In this document: positions 1 to 10,405 of the stretch, piece after piece
Layout: each line of letters starts with the position of its first letter
Position numbering within the stretch: position 1 is the stretch's first letter
Assembly: GCA_963798485.1 (NCBI GenBank)
Contig: CAWCTR010000017.1
Location: 192,001-256,000 of the forward strand
Length of the DNA stretch: 64,000 bases
Direction of reading: 5' to 3'
Source: an uncultured delta proteobacterium
GTDB taxonomy: Bacteria; Desulfobacterota; Desulfomonilia; UBA1062
The notes under the pieces: model-generated
What the model was told of the DNA's origin: nothing
Database searches by the model: none
Seen by the model: the letters and a program-made list of their open reading frames with translations, nothing else
Position numbers and translations under genes: made by a program

Positions 1-66
1 TTCAGGCATCACATCATCCGGAGCAGTGATTAAAGGCTTCGAAGGGCATGGGTTTGAAGAAATGCC

Positions 67-1497
67 TCAGCGTGTCTTCACCTGTACATATGTGCTCTGG
101 GCGCTCCTATGATCCAGGGCCAGCAACACCGTTTCTTGACCGGGCTGGAGCACGCTCACAATCCCGGCGAAGTCCTCCACGCCATGAACCGACTGGCCGT
201 CTATTTCCAGGATGATATCTCCCAGCTCAAACCCCACTTCCGCCATGGGGCCTTTCGGGTCAAGCCATTTCAGAGCCACACCCATATCGATCCCATAGTT
301 GTCCGCTTCCTGAGATCTGACAGGTCTTATCTCAATGCCAAGGCGATCTTTAACAACAGTAGAGAGAAATTTCAGGGAGTCATCCATGTCTCCAACCACA
401 ATTTTGACTGCAAATTCGTTGCTGCCTCGAAGAACAGCCGACTGGAGCGTTGTGCCGATGGGTGTTGTGGCCACCTGGTTTCGCAGTGAGCCCGAGTCTT
501 TGACCTCTTTGCCGGCTATAGTCATTACAATGTCGCCCTTTTTCAAGCCGGCCTTGTCGGCAGGTCCGTCTTTGACCACATCCACAACAACGGCGCCTGT
601 GGTCATCTCCAACTTAAGGGACTTCGCCTTTTCCTGGTCCAGGTCCTGGATGGTGACGCCTATCCACCCCCTTTTGACCTTGCCATAAGCAATAAGCGCC
701 TTCGATATGGCGATGGCGAAATTGCTGGGGATAGCAAAACCGATCCCTTCATATCCCCCGGACTCGGAGGCGATTATCGAGTTGATGCCGATAACCTCCC
801 CCTTGAGGTTGATGAGCGGGCCCCCGCTATTGCCGGGGTTAATGGCGGCATCGGTCTGGAGGAAGTCCTGGTATGAGCTTGGGTCTGTGATACCCTGGCG
901 GTGCTTGGCGCTGATAATGCCCTGGGTCACGGTCTGATCGAGTCCTCGAGGGTGGCCGATGGCAACAACCCACTCTCCGACCTCCACCTTGTCGGAGTCG
1001 CCGAACACGACAAAGGGGAGTTTCGATTCAGGGTTAATCTTGATGACGGCAAGGTCGGTCTTAGGGTCTTTCCCTACTATTTTTGCTGCATACTGTTTTC
1101 CGTCAGAGAGGATGACCTTTATATCAGTAGCCTCATCCACGACATGGTTGTTCGTGAGGATATTACCTATCTCGTCAATGATAATACCGGTACCCAGGCC
1201 CCTGAGTTCTCTTTTGAATTTTTTCTGCGCCTGGGGCTGTTCGAAAAATGGGGATTGCTGTGGTTCGGTTGATGGAGAGTATGGTACGACCTGCTGCTGG
1301 GTCACCTCGATGTGCACGACCGATGGGATAGTGGCCTTGGCAATCTGTGTGATGATAACCCTGAGGTCATTCGCGAATACGGGTTTGGGCGATGAGTCCT
1401 GGTTGGGATCGGCGGCGTTCGTTACGCCGGGCAGAAAAGTGACGCCCAAGAGAAGGACGATAATCACCGTAAAACAGGTGCTGCTGTATTTCCCCAT
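67..1497 (-). CDS. degP: DegP/DegQ (HtrA) periplasmic serine protease with two PDZ domains
   Basis: Signal peptide; LTNNHV, KTDLAVIK and AINPGNSGGPL catalytic triad motifs; two C-terminal PDZ-like regions. Confidence 0.93.
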   Translation of the reverse strand: MGKYSSTCFTVIIVLLLGVTFLPGVTNAADPNQDSSPKPVFANDLRVIITQIAKATIPSVVHIEVTQQQVVPYSPSTEPQQSPFFEQPQAQKKFKRELRGLGTGIIIDEIGNILTNNHVVDEATDIKVILSDGKQYAAKIVGKDPKTDLAVIKINPESKLPFVVFGDSDKVEVGEWVVAIGHPRGLDQTVTQGIISAKHRQGITDPSSYQDFLQTDAAINPGNSGGPLINLKGEVIGINSIIASESGGYEGIGFAIPSNFAIAISKALIAYGKVKRGWIGVTIQDLDQEKAKSLKLEMTTGAVVVDVVKDGPADKAGLKKGDIVMTIAGKEVKDSGSLRNQVATTPIGTTLQSAVLRGSNEFAVKIVVGDMDDSLKFLSTVVKDRLGIEIRPVRSQEADNYGIDMGVALKWLDPKGPMAEVGFELGDIILEIDGQSVHGVEDFAGIVSVLQPGQETVLLALDHRSAQSTYVQVKTR

Positions 1498-1625
1498 GGA
1501 TAAGACCTCCGATCATATCTGGGCATGCACTGGAATGCATGGCTTTACCTTGCTATGGGAAACATCATAACACTAGGGTGTTCAAAAGCAAGGGGTATAT
1601 GGGCACCGGGCAATAGGCTTTCGGG

Positions 1626-2738
1626 TTATTGTAATGCGAGCTCGATCTCTTCCTTGAGTTCTCCCTTGCTTTGCCCAAGGAATTTCTTGAGCGCTTCTTG
1701 TGCAGCCGTACCCTTGATACGGCCCAAAGACCATACGATCATGGCCCGCACCCTGAGGTCATCACCCTCCTCATAGGCGCGCACGAGGTCGGGAACATAT
1801 CCGGCATCCAGGCTGTTGCCCATGGCCCGGGCTGCATTCATCTTCCAGCGCCACAGGTCTTCCGGGGCCTGATAGAACATGTGGGGCCAGATTTTTTCCA
1901 TAAAGTAGGTCTTGTCCATGTGCAGCAGTTTTTTCAGTTCAAAATCATCTGCTATGGCTAAGGCCTTCTTGTTTATGGGCAGGTCTTTCCCAAGCCATGG
2001 GGTATTCCGCGGGCATACATTCTGGCAACGGTCGCACCCGTAGACCCACATGCCCATGGGCTCCCGGAGCTCTCTAGGGGTAAGCCCGTCTCCAAAATAA
2101 CTCAGATAGGATATGCACCGGCAAGGGTCTATCCGGCGCGGGCCTTTCAGTGCGCCTGTAGGGCAGGCGGAGATGCAGGCGTTTTTGCACCAGTCAGGAC
2201 ACGCGACTTCATAGTTTGGCGCATCAGGTTCAAACGTGCGGTCTATAACCAGGGCGACGGGCAGCACCCATGAGCCTTTGAGGGCAACCTTTCTGGAGTA
2301 GAAGAGGGTGTTCTTGCCGAAGGTTCCAAGGCCGGCCCTGGCCGCAGCTACACGGTGGGGGAGGTTGAAGGGGACTCTGGAGTTGATCCCGTCTTGTGTC
2401 AGAAAAGATCTGAAGTCCTTGATCCGAACGGCCAGGCCGTCTTTGGTGACCCGGTCATCATCCAGGTAACAGCGCCCGAAATGGCGCTCCAGTTGGGGGG
2501 GAAAGGCCTCCCTGAAGTAGGCCTCGATAAGCACGATGATGGATTGGGCGCCCGGAAGGATGTTTTTGGGGTCGGTGCCGGAGACCAGATCGAGGCCCAT
2601 CCTGCCGACCCATCCATACTCCTCCTGCCGCCGGCACAGCAGCTCTTTCTGGGAGTCGAAGGGTTCCGCCGTGGTGAACCCGAGGTCCGCAAATCCCAGA
2701 TCCAAGGCCTTGTTTATAACATCGTCCCTGGCGAGCAT
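1626..2738 (-). CDS. Epoxyqueuosine reductase (QueG)-like cobalamin/2x[4Fe-4S] protein with C-terminal HEAT-like repeats
   Basis: AARAGLGTFGKN, CPDWCKNACISACPTGAL, CISYL and GCDRCQNVCPRN motifs; NAARAMGN HEAT-like tail. Confidence 0.75.
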   Translation of the reverse strand: MLARDDVINKALDLGFADLGFTTAEPFDSQKELLCRRQEEYGWVGRMGLDLVSGTDPKNILPGAQSIIVLIEAYFREAFPPQLERHFGRCYLDDDRVTKDGLAVRIKDFRSFLTQDGINSRVPFNLPHRVAAARAGLGTFGKNTLFYSRKVALKGSWVLPVALVIDRTFEPDAPNYEVACPDWCKNACISACPTGALKGPRRIDPCRCISYLSYFGDGLTPRELREPMGMWVYGCDRCQNVCPRNTPWLGKDLPINKKALAIADDFELKKLLHMDKTYFMEKIWPHMFYQAPEDLWRWKMNAARAMGNSLDAGYVPDLVRAYEEGDDLRVRAMIVWSLGRIKGTAAQEALKKFLGQSKGELKEEIELALQ

Positions 2739-2748
2739 AGTGTTCTCC

Positions 2749-3003
2749 TTACATTTTTCTGGGTAATGCCTTCAATGCCTTTATGTACCTGACCTCATTG
2801 AAAGGCCTGCCGGCTTTCAGCATATCATTCATCTCTTTTACTAAAACAAAGGCGATTAATCGCATTGCATCATCGTGATGACGACCTTCACGAATCAACC
2901 TGTCATAGGTGGACTTTGTCTCTTTGGGATTGTTCTTGTCGATCTGATTCTGGATTGTTTCGAACAGTGCCTCTCTCACATACATCTTGTTGTCATTGAC
3001 CAT
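2749..3003 (-). CDS. Small conserved-looking hypothetical protein (84 aa, MVNDNK...)
   Basis: 3' part of track ORF 2749..3288; ATG at 3003 just after the MFS stop avoids overlap; helical protein-like composition. Confidence 0.65.
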   Translation of the reverse strand: MVNDNKMYVREALFETIQNQIDKNNPKETKSTYDRLIREGRHHDDAMRLIAFVLVKEMNDMLKAGRPFNEVRYIKALKALPRKM

Positions 3004-3017
3004 GATATCCCCCGATT

Positions 3018-4220
3018 TTAAAACGAATCGATATGCCTTCTCCTGATCAGTAATCCTGTGTATCCCACGAGTGCGAAGGTCGCACCGGCCCAGAAGGTGG
3101 CGGCAGGGCCGGCTACATCCCAGAGCCATCCGGCCAGAATGCTCGCCATCAGCATGGCGATGCCCGTTGCAAGGCTGAAGAGGCCGAAGGCGCTTCCGCG
3201 GATGTTCGCCGGCGAGGTATCTGCCACGAGTGTCGAGAATATCCCCTGGGTCAGGCCCATATGGAGCCCCCAAAGCGCTGCCCCGCAAGCGACAAGGCCA
3301 TATCCCGAAGCAAGGGCGAATACGATGTCGGAGGCGACGAGCACGAGGCAGCCGGCAGAGAGCATCCCCATGCGGCCCAGTTTATCCGAGAGGACACCAA
3401 CAGGATAAGCACAGAGCGTGTAAACCACATTCATCAACACCATGAAAAAGGGAATGAGGGATGCCGGTACTCCCACTCCCTGGGCGCGCAGGAGTATGAA
3501 GGCCTCGCTGAAGCGTGCAAGGGTAAAGATGCTGCCGAAGGCAACGATGAACCAGTACGCACGGCCCAACATTTTAATATCGGCAATCTTTATGGGCCTT
3601 CCCTTCTTTTCGCCTTCTTTGTGGGCAGGCTCCTCGACACCGAATGCAAGCAAGGTCACCGCAATGATTCCCGGCAGCACGGCTATCCAGAACACGCTGC
3701 GGAAGTTGTCGGATGTTGCGAACATCAACACGCTCGCAAGCATTGGACCGATGAAGGCGCCTGCGGTATCCAGGGACTGTCTGAGTCCGAAGGCGGCGCC
3801 GCGCTGCTCGGCCGTGGTAATGTCTGCAAGGAGCGCATCCCGGGGTGCGCCGCGGATGCCCTTGCCGATCCGGTCGAGAAACCGGGCGGTCAAGACGAGC
3901 CCCACACCGTCTGCGATGGCAAACAGCGGCTTGGTGAGAGTACCGATAGCATACCCCGCTACTGCAAGCACCTTCCTCTTCCCGAGCCGGTCGCTCAGGA
4001 ACCCAGAGAACACCTTGGTTATGAGTGCCGTGGACTCGGCGATCCCTTCGATGATACCAAGCGATAGGGCGGATGCGCCGAGTCCTACAACCAGAAAGAC
4101 CGGCAGCAGGCTGTGGATCATCTCGGAGGAGATGTCCATAAACAGGCTTACAAGGCCGAGCATCCATACCGGCCGGGGGATTCCCCGGAATGCTCTCATT
4201 GCTTTTTCAAAGCCGATCAC
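3018..4220 (-). CDS. MFS transporter
   Basis: About 12 hydrophobic helices; GFLSDRLGKRK motif A; DRIGKGIRGAPRDAL. Confidence 0.92.
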   Translation of the reverse strand: MIGFEKAMRAFRGIPRPVWMLGLVSLFMDISSEMIHSLLPVFLVVGLGASALSLGIIEGIAESTALITKVFSGFLSDRLGKRKVLAVAGYAIGTLTKPLFAIADGVGLVLTARFLDRIGKGIRGAPRDALLADITTAEQRGAAFGLRQSLDTAGAFIGPMLASVLMFATSDNFRSVFWIAVLPGIIAVTLLAFGVEEPAHKEGEKKGRPIKIADIKMLGRAYWFIVAFGSIFTLARFSEAFILLRAQGVGVPASLIPFFMVLMNVVYTLCAYPVGVLSDKLGRMGMLSAGCLVLVASDIVFALASGYGLVACGAALWGLHMGLTQGIFSTLVADTSPANIRGSAFGLFSLATGIAMLMASILAGWLWDVAGPAATFWAGATFALVGYTGLLIRRRHIDSF

Positions 4221-4223
4221 TGT

Positions 4224-4886
4224 TCACTCATTTATCGGCCATGCAAGAGGATACGGGGCTTCGATCCTGATATCCGAGTTCAGAGTGGGGTGCATGAACT
4301 CCACTCTCTTGTGGTGCAGGGCAATTTCGTCTGTGAGAGTCCATTTTTCCCCGCCATATCGAACATCACCGAGGATAGGGAACCCGCCGGCTGCGAACTG
4401 TGCCCTGATCTGGTGGTAGCGGCCGGTCTCAAGGATGACCTCAACAAGGATTAGTTTCTTAAAACGTTTTATGATGCGATAGGTCAGCAGCGATTGCCGC
4501 GATCCGGGCTCTTGGGGGGACGCGACCACAGACCTCATCCGTGAGTGTCTCAGGTGGTGCATCAGGGTTCCGTGCGGTCCCGGCAGGTCATTGGTAACAA
4601 CAGCATGGTAGACCTTGATAATACCCTTGCCTCGCATCTGTTCGTTCATCCTCGTTAAGGCCTTGCTCGTCCGGGCAAAGATTACTATGCCGCTTACCGG
4701 CTTGTCAATACGGTGAACGGCATGAAGGTAGACCTCACCGGGCTTGTCTTTCGATTGTTTAATCCATGCCTTGGCCTGGGCCTCCAGGCTGTCTTCGTTT
4801 TTCCCTGAAGGCTGGGTGAGCAGGCCTGCCGGCTTGTTCAGGGCCAGCAGGTGGTTATCCTCATAAAGGATCTCTAATAAAGCCAT
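4224..4886 (-). CDS. RluA/RluD-family pseudouridine synthase
   Basis: NKPAGL, HRIDKPVSG (catalytic Asp), TGRYHQIR, PILGDVRYG. Confidence 0.93.
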   Translation of the reverse strand: MALLEILYEDNHLLALNKPAGLLTQPSGKNEDSLEAQAKAWIKQSKDKPGEVYLHAVHRIDKPVSGIVIFARTSKALTRMNEQMRGKGIIKVYHAVVTNDLPGPHGTLMHHLRHSRMRSVVASPQEPGSRQSLLTYRIIKRFKKLILVEVILETGRYHQIRAQFAAGGFPILGDVRYGGEKWTLTDEIALHHKRVEFMHPTLNSDIRIEAPYPLAWPINE

Positions 4887-4905
4887 GGCTTGGCTACGTC
4901 ATCTC

Positions 4906-5796
4906 CTAAGCAGGGGATGCCTCTTCACAGACCCACCGGCAATAGGTCCCGCTCGGCACCGGCAGCACGGTTCCCTTGCCTTCAAGCAGCATCTCGCCGC
5001 TTTCGTAATGTGATTGCGTCTGTGGCGGCTCTGTGCCGGTCAGGATGTTCTGAAGCGCACGTGGGGTGCAGGTGGGTGTATGTGAAGTCAGCAGGATGAA
5101 CAGGGGGGCCTGTGATAGCAGGGACCAGCATTTTTTCACTGTTGCAATCAGCTCGTCCTCGATCTTGTAGACCTCCTCATTTTTGCCATGGCCATAGGTG
5201 GGGGGGTCCATTATCACTGCATCGTAACGGCGTTCCCGCCTGAGCTCTCTTTGAAGGAAACGGTTCACGTCTTCTACTATCCAGCGGATGGGGGCATCGG
5301 TCAGGTTGTTGAGCTCTGCGTTCTCCCGGGCCCATTTGACCATGCCCTTGGATGCATCCAGGTGGCAGACCTGTGCCCCGCAGCGCGCAGCCGCAAGGGT
5401 TGACCCGCCGGAGTAGGCAAAGAGATTGAGCACGGAGACCTGTGGCCGGCCCATGACATTTGCCTGCGTGAGGATGGAGTTTATCCATTTCCAGAGGCCG
5501 CGTTGTTCGGGGAAGATCCCCAGGTGACCGAAGTCGGTGGGTGAGAGCCTGAAGTGCAGCCCTTCGAGTATTATACGCCAGGACTCCGGGAGTTCGGTGC
5601 GGACCTGCCAGCCTTTCCCGGGTTTGCGTTCAAAGGCGGCATCGGCCTCTTCCCAGGCCGCCGCATCTTTCTGCGGTTCCCAGATTGCCTGAGGGCAGGG
5701 CCTGATAAGCCGGTAACGGCCGAAGCGCTCAAGCTTCCTGCCATTACCGCTGTCCATAAGCTCATAATCGTATGCCTGGGATTGTCTGGGTTTCAT
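4906..5796 (-). CDS. Class I SAM-dependent (rRNA-type) methyltransferase
   Basis: YELMDSGNGRKLERFG, GHLGIFPEQ, LNLFAYSGG, DPPTYG. Confidence 0.88.
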   Translation of the reverse strand: MKPRQSQAYDYELMDSGNGRKLERFGRYRLIRPCPQAIWEPQKDAAAWEEADAAFERKPGKGWQVRTELPESWRIILEGLHFRLSPTDFGHLGIFPEQRGLWKWINSILTQANVMGRPQVSVLNLFAYSGGSTLAAARCGAQVCHLDASKGMVKWARENAELNNLTDAPIRWIVEDVNRFLQRELRRERRYDAVIMDPPTYGHGKNEEVYKIEDELIATVKKCWSLLSQAPLFILLTSHTPTCTPRALQNILTGTEPPQTQSHYESGEMLLEGKGTVLPVPSGTYCRWVCEEASPA

Positions 5797-5805
5797 GGAG
5801 TCCTT

Positions 5806-7005
5806 TCATTTTGTCTTGCAGATAAGCCCTTTCAAATACCCTCCTTCCGGGAAGGCGAGCAGGACAGGGTGGTCGGATGACTGCCCCAGCCGCCTTATGA
5901 TCTGGGCCTCACGTTTGGCATCGAGCGCGGCATCCGCGACGATCTTGCCGAATAGATCAACAGTGATATGCCCCGAGCAGGAGAAGGTGAAGAGGGTGCC
6001 GCCTGGTTTCAGAAGTTTAAACGCCAGCAGATTGATGTCCTTGTATCCACGGCTCGCCCCTGCCACCTGTTTTGCAGATGCAGCGAACTTCGGCGGGTCG
6101 AGGATAATAAGGTCGAACTTTTTATTCGCATCGCGCAGGCCTCTCAGCACCAGGAACACATCATCCTCAATGGTCAGAAATTTTTGGTCCATGCCGTTCA
6201 ATCCTGCGTTCGTAAGCCCCAATGCCAGGGCGTCGGGCGATGATTCGATGTTCGTCACCCGGAGTGCGCCGCCCTTGAGGGCCGCCAGGCCGAAGGCGCC
6301 TGTGTATGAAAAGCAGTTGAGCACATCGGCCCCTTTGGAGAACTCTCTAACGGCCATCCTGTTTTCGCGCTGATCCAGGTAGAATCCGGTTTTGTGGCCT
6401 CTTCTGACATCAACCAGAAAATGCATGCCGTGTTCCTTGATCTCGATGAGTTCCGGAGGGTCTTCTCCCCAGAGGGTTCCTACGCTGGTCTCAAGCCCCT
6501 CCATAGTACGTGTGTCCGTGTCCGACCGATCAAAGATGCCCTTGGCATGGGTGATGTCTGCAAGCTGCTTCACGATCTCATCTTTGAAAAATGCCGCGCC
6601 TGATGAGAGGAACTGGCAGACAAGAAAATCACTATAGCGGTCTACAATAAGGCCCGGCAAGCCGTCTGATTCCGCATTCACCAGACGGCATGCAGTCAGG
6701 TCTCCTGCTTCAAGCAGGTGTGCGCGTGCCGCAATTGCATACTCAAGCTGTTTACGGAAAAATATCTCTGTGATGGCCTCACCTGGGGTGAAGGACCAGA
6801 TACGCACCCTTATCTGCGAGTGCGGGGAATATGCACCTGCAGCGATCCACGTGCCATCTGAGGCACATACGTTTACGGTCCGGCCAGGAGACGGATTACC
6901 CTTAACCTCTGATACGGCCCCGGAAAAGACCCAGGGGTGGTGTCTTTGCAATGACTCGTCACGGCCCGGTTTGAGGATTATGGTACCTATCGTGTCTGAA
7001 AACAT
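5806..7005 (-). CDS. rlmI: 23S rRNA m5C1962 methyltransferase RlmI-like
   Basis: N-terminal PUA-like HPWVFSGAV; ESDGLPGLIVDRY, KTGFYLDQR, LNCFSYTG, DPPKF, FSCSG. Confidence 0.88.
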   Translation of the reverse strand: MFSDTIGTIILKPGRDESLQRHHPWVFSGAVSEVKGNPSPGRTVNVCASDGTWIAAGAYSPHSQIRVRIWSFTPGEAITEIFFRKQLEYAIAARAHLLEAGDLTACRLVNAESDGLPGLIVDRYSDFLVCQFLSSGAAFFKDEIVKQLADITHAKGIFDRSDTDTRTMEGLETSVGTLWGEDPPELIEIKEHGMHFLVDVRRGHKTGFYLDQRENRMAVREFSKGADVLNCFSYTGAFGLAALKGGALRVTNIESSPDALALGLTNAGLNGMDQKFLTIEDDVFLVLRGLRDANKKFDLIILDPPKFAASAKQVAGASRGYKDINLLAFKLLKPGGTLFTFSCSGHITVDLFGKIVADAALDAKREAQIIRRLGQSSDHPVLLAFPEGGYLKGLICKTK

Positions 7006-7842
7006 TTATTTCGTGCGGGCAAGGCCGGGCGTTTTTGTCTGCCCCCCGGCCTTGCGGTCAGGATGATCTCGATCGACAAATTGCCTCAACCCCTCAATGG
7101 TGGCTGCCTCGAAGATGGACTTGTTGAAGCATTCGGCCTCGATCCTGAGCCCCTCGTTAAGCGGCATGCCGAACCCCCGTATGGCAGCTTCCTTGTCGGT
7201 GCGCATGGCAGGCTGGGGAAGGGTGCAGATGAACCCGGCAAGCTCTATTGCTCTATCGAGAGACCTGCCTTTGGGCACGACTTCGTTGGCGAGCCCCATA
7301 CGCAACGCCTCCTGGGCATCGATTACCCTGCCTGTTATGATAAGCTCCATTGCCCTGCCGAACCCCACGATACGGGGCAGGCGCTGGGTGCCGCCGTCCG
7401 CCAGGCCGATGTTCCACCTCCTGCAGGTCACCCCGAAGGTGGCGTGTTCCTCTGCAATGCGGATGTCTGCAAAGCATGCCCACTCAAGGCCGCCTGCATA
7501 GGCGGCACCGTTGACTGCTGCAATAATGGGTTTATAGATGTCCGTCCATCTGCTGGGGCCGAGGTAGCCCGGCCGATCCCCCCTGCAATGTGCAGCGACC
7601 TCAGCAGGGTCCGGCGAGACGATCTCTGGGCCTGCTTTGAGGTCACCCCCCGTACAGAAGGCACGCTCTCCCGTGCCCGTGATTATGGCCACCTTGGCTT
7701 CAGGATCATCCTTGAAGCGGCCCCAGGCATCAATAAGCTCTCTGTGTGTCACAGGCCCTACACAGTTCATGACATCGGGCCTGTTGAATGCGATGATGGT
7801 TATTTCACCGTGTTTCTCATACCTGATCTGTGAATAATCCAC
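7006..7842 (-). CDS. Enoyl-CoA hydratase/isomerase family protein
   Basis: AFCTGGDL, AAVNGAAYAGGLE, GGTQRLPRIVG crotonase motifs. Confidence 0.92.
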   Translation of the reverse strand: MDYSQIRYEKHGEITIIAFNRPDVMNCVGPVTHRELIDAWGRFKDDPEAKVAIITGTGERAFCTGGDLKAGPEIVSPDPAEVAAHCRGDRPGYLGPSRWTDIYKPIIAAVNGAAYAGGLEWACFADIRIAEEHATFGVTCRRWNIGLADGGTQRLPRIVGFGRAMELIITGRVIDAQEALRMGLANEVVPKGRSLDRAIELAGFICTLPQPAMRTDKEAAIRGFGMPLNEGLRIEAECFNKSIFEAATIEGLRQFVDRDHPDRKAGGQTKTPGLARTK

Positions 7843-7895
7843 TGATAACCTCCCTAAGGGGATTTCATGATAATCAATCTTTGGGTGCCTGCCCG

Positions 7896-8159
7896 TTAAT
7901 CATGGCTGAAGGTCATCTTCTTTGCCTCGATGCCTTCAATCTTTTTAAGCTTTTTCAGCATCCCGTCGATGATTGCACTTTCTCCGACCATTTCCAGGAT
8001 GACAATGCCGCCGCCTGCGCAGAAGTTTCCCTGCACCTCGTGCAGCCCCAGCCTTGTCTTTATGTTGCATCCGTACTCGGTGAAGATCTTCTGGACATCC
8101 GATGCATGCTTCATCCGGTCAGTAACATGGATACCAACGATGATATGTTCCGATTTCAT
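7896..8159 (-). CDS. Small ACT-like protein (TM1266/iron-only hydrogenase regulator-like)
   Basis: VQKIFTEYGCNIKTRLGLH motif; GGAGG RBS upstream. Confidence 0.7.
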   Translation of the reverse strand: MKSEHIIVGIHVTDRMKHASDVQKIFTEYGCNIKTRLGLHEVQGNFCAGGGIVILEMVGESAIIDGMLKKLKKIEGIEAKKMTFSHD

Positions 8160-8181
8160 TGATAATACCTCCTGTTTTTAG

Positions 8182-9081
8182 TTAAGAACAGTTGCACGTA
8201 TCTCCGGTGATCCTGCACCCCTCGCCGCTGTATTCGATTTCAACCGTGGAGTGGTCCATGCCGTGGGTAAGCATGAGGTTCCGTATGTGGTCTTTGATAA
8301 AAATGATATCTTCTCTTGTTGCATCCTTGTCCACCACAACATGGGTGGTCAATACGTGATGCATGCCGTCCAATGACCATATATGGGTATGGTGGGTGCA
8401 GGTGACATGCGCTAGCGAGCGCATGTCCTCCTCAATGGTCGCTATGTCTACCCCCTCGGGTACGCCCTGCATGAAGATACCGAAGGTCTTGCCCAGGTTT
8501 TTCAGGACATTGAACAGGACATAGGCCGTGATCAGGCAGGACAGCAATGGGTCAAGAAAAGGTATATCCCTGATCAGGAGGATGAGGCTGACAGCCAGGA
8601 CGGCGGCCCACCCGAGAACATCCTCCAAAAGGTGCCATGCCACCATCTTGGCGTTTAAGCCGGTGCTCCCCCTGAGCCTGAGCACAGCTGCGCCATTTAT
8701 TGCAACCCCGATGACGGCGAAAAGGATCATGCCCGGTGCGTATGAATGCTGGGGATGAAATATCCTTGGGATGGCATGGAAGAGGATGAAGAGAGAGCCT
8801 AATATGAGCACTGCCGCGCTGATGAGCGCGCCCAGCAGGGAGAATCTGCGGTACCCGTATGAATAGAGCGTATCCCCTTTTTTCATGGAGAGCCGCTCCA
8901 GGAACCAGGCAGACCCCAGCGCGAAACTGTCTCCGAGGTCATGGATGGCATCGGCCAGGATGGCAAGGCTGTTTGTCCACAACCCGCCGAAGATCTCCAG
9001 GAAGGTAAAGAAGAGGTTCAGAAAGAATACAAGCCTGATGTTCCCCAGCTCGTTATGATTGTGATGATGATCATGGGCCAT
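8182..9081 (-). CDS. Cation diffusion facilitator (CzcD/ZitB-like Zn/Co/Cd exporter)
   Basis: His-rich N-terminus; ADAIHDLGD, YSYGYRR, HLLEDVLG, HTHIW, HSTVEIE; start moved to ATG 9081. Confidence 0.92.
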   Translation of the reverse strand: MAHDHHHNHNELGNIRLVFFLNLFFTFLEIFGGLWTNSLAILADAIHDLGDSFALGSAWFLERLSMKKGDTLYSYGYRRFSLLGALISAAVLILGSLFILFHAIPRIFHPQHSYAPGMILFAVIGVAINGAAVLRLRGSTGLNAKMVAWHLLEDVLGWAAVLAVSLILLIRDIPFLDPLLSCLITAYVLFNVLKNLGKTFGIFMQGVPEGVDIATIEEDMRSLAHVTCTHHTHIWSLDGMHHVLTTHVVVDKDATREDIIFIKDHIRNLMLTHGMDHSTVEIEYSGEGCRITGDTCNCS

Positions 9082-9197
9082 TATCCCTATGTCCCCCAGT
9101 GTAGTGCCCTTCTCAATTGTGAGAGATGGCGTTTCCGTCAAGAAAGATTCATCGCCCTATAATATACCTACACCACTTAATATGTTGATCCTGGCTG

Positions 9198-10349
9198 TTA
9201 AAAGCTCAACGCCACGGTACTTCCGATGGATAAGCCCTTGTATTTCAGGTCCTCGCCGGGGTGGTACACATTCTTATCATCATCCATGGAAAAGGCTTTG
9301 AGGTCGAGTATACATTTAACATTCGGCCTCAATGATCTGGTCATTCCGCATGTAATAGTCGTTTTCTGTCTTTTACCGATAAAGAAAGCCGAGTCGGAAG
9401 GATAGTCGTTCTTCTCGATCATGAGCAGCTGCAGACCCGCATTCAGGTTTGTCACCTCGCTCATGGAGTAGTTGTATGAGACATCTCCTATCCACTCATT
9501 ACCATGGCTGTTATGATCTTCGGCAGCCACTATGGGCACATCAGATTCCTGAATTTTGCTTTTCTGTCTCAAAATGCCCTGGAGGGTAAACCCCAGATCC
9601 CAACCGGGCCGGGTATACTTGGCGCCTAAACCGACAAGCGCAACGTCTCCTTCCTGGTAGTAGTCATTACCCTGTACCTCGTCTTTGCCAAAGGTCAGGT
9701 ATTCGCCGAATACCCTCCCGGACATCTCAGGTGTAAAATCGTGCCTGAGCTCTGCATTGATGTTGAAGATATCTCCTGGATTGTAGTCGGGCAGGAAGGA
9801 GCTGAAATCATATTTTCCCCGCCAGGTGTACCCCAGGCCGACGCCGGCAACCCACTTCTCCCATTCCTTGGAGAAGATGAGCGTGGGGTTGATATTCAGA
9901 CCCTCGCCATAGGTGGTGATGGACATGAGCTCCGGAGGCACGATCAGGACAAGATCTTTCTCCTTCAAATCTGTGTATCCGGTGGGTAGGCTGAAGCCGA
10001 GACCGAAGAGCATGTCAAAGGGGAGCTTGTTCTCGAGTGTATAGGCTAGGTTCAGCTTGGTATCGGTGAAGTGGCTGAGGGAATCCGATGCCCCCACTGA
10101 CGGATCGACCTTTGTGTAGGCATATGCGCCCAGGAGCTTAAATGAGAAATCTTTGTATTCCGAATCAGCAACCAAGGGGACATAGAACTGCATACCCTTG
10201 TCATGGTCGTCGCTCGCCCACCAGTCGTAATGGAAGCCTGTTTGGAAGTTTGTATTCGCAACAGAGGCGGCATATAGGTTCACCCCGGAGAAAATGACTA
10301 TCCATGAAACCATTGCACCCAGCATGACAAGCCTTTTCATAAACATCAT
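9198..10349 (-). CDS. Predicted outer-membrane beta-barrel protein
   Basis: Signal peptide, alternating amphipathic beta-strand pattern, C-terminal Phe (VALSF). Confidence 0.75.
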   Translation of the reverse strand: MMFMKRLVMLGAMVSWIVIFSGVNLYAASVANTNFQTGFHYDWWASDDHDKGMQFYVPLVADSEYKDFSFKLLGAYAYTKVDPSVGASDSLSHFTDTKLNLAYTLENKLPFDMLFGLGFSLPTGYTDLKEKDLVLIVPPELMSITTYGEGLNINPTLIFSKEWEKWVAGVGLGYTWRGKYDFSSFLPDYNPGDIFNINAELRHDFTPEMSGRVFGEYLTFGKDEVQGNDYYQEGDVALVGLGAKYTRPGWDLGFTLQGILRQKSKIQESDVPIVAAEDHNSHGNEWIGDVSYNYSMSEVTNLNAGLQLLMIEKNDYPSDSAFFIGKRQKTTITCGMTRSLRPNVKCILDLKAFSMDDDKNVYHPGEDLKYKGLSIGSTVALSF

Positions 10350-10405
10350 TCCTTAGCGTAGAGAATTATTTTTTAATCGAAAATGTAATCATCCCTTTCT
10401 CATTG

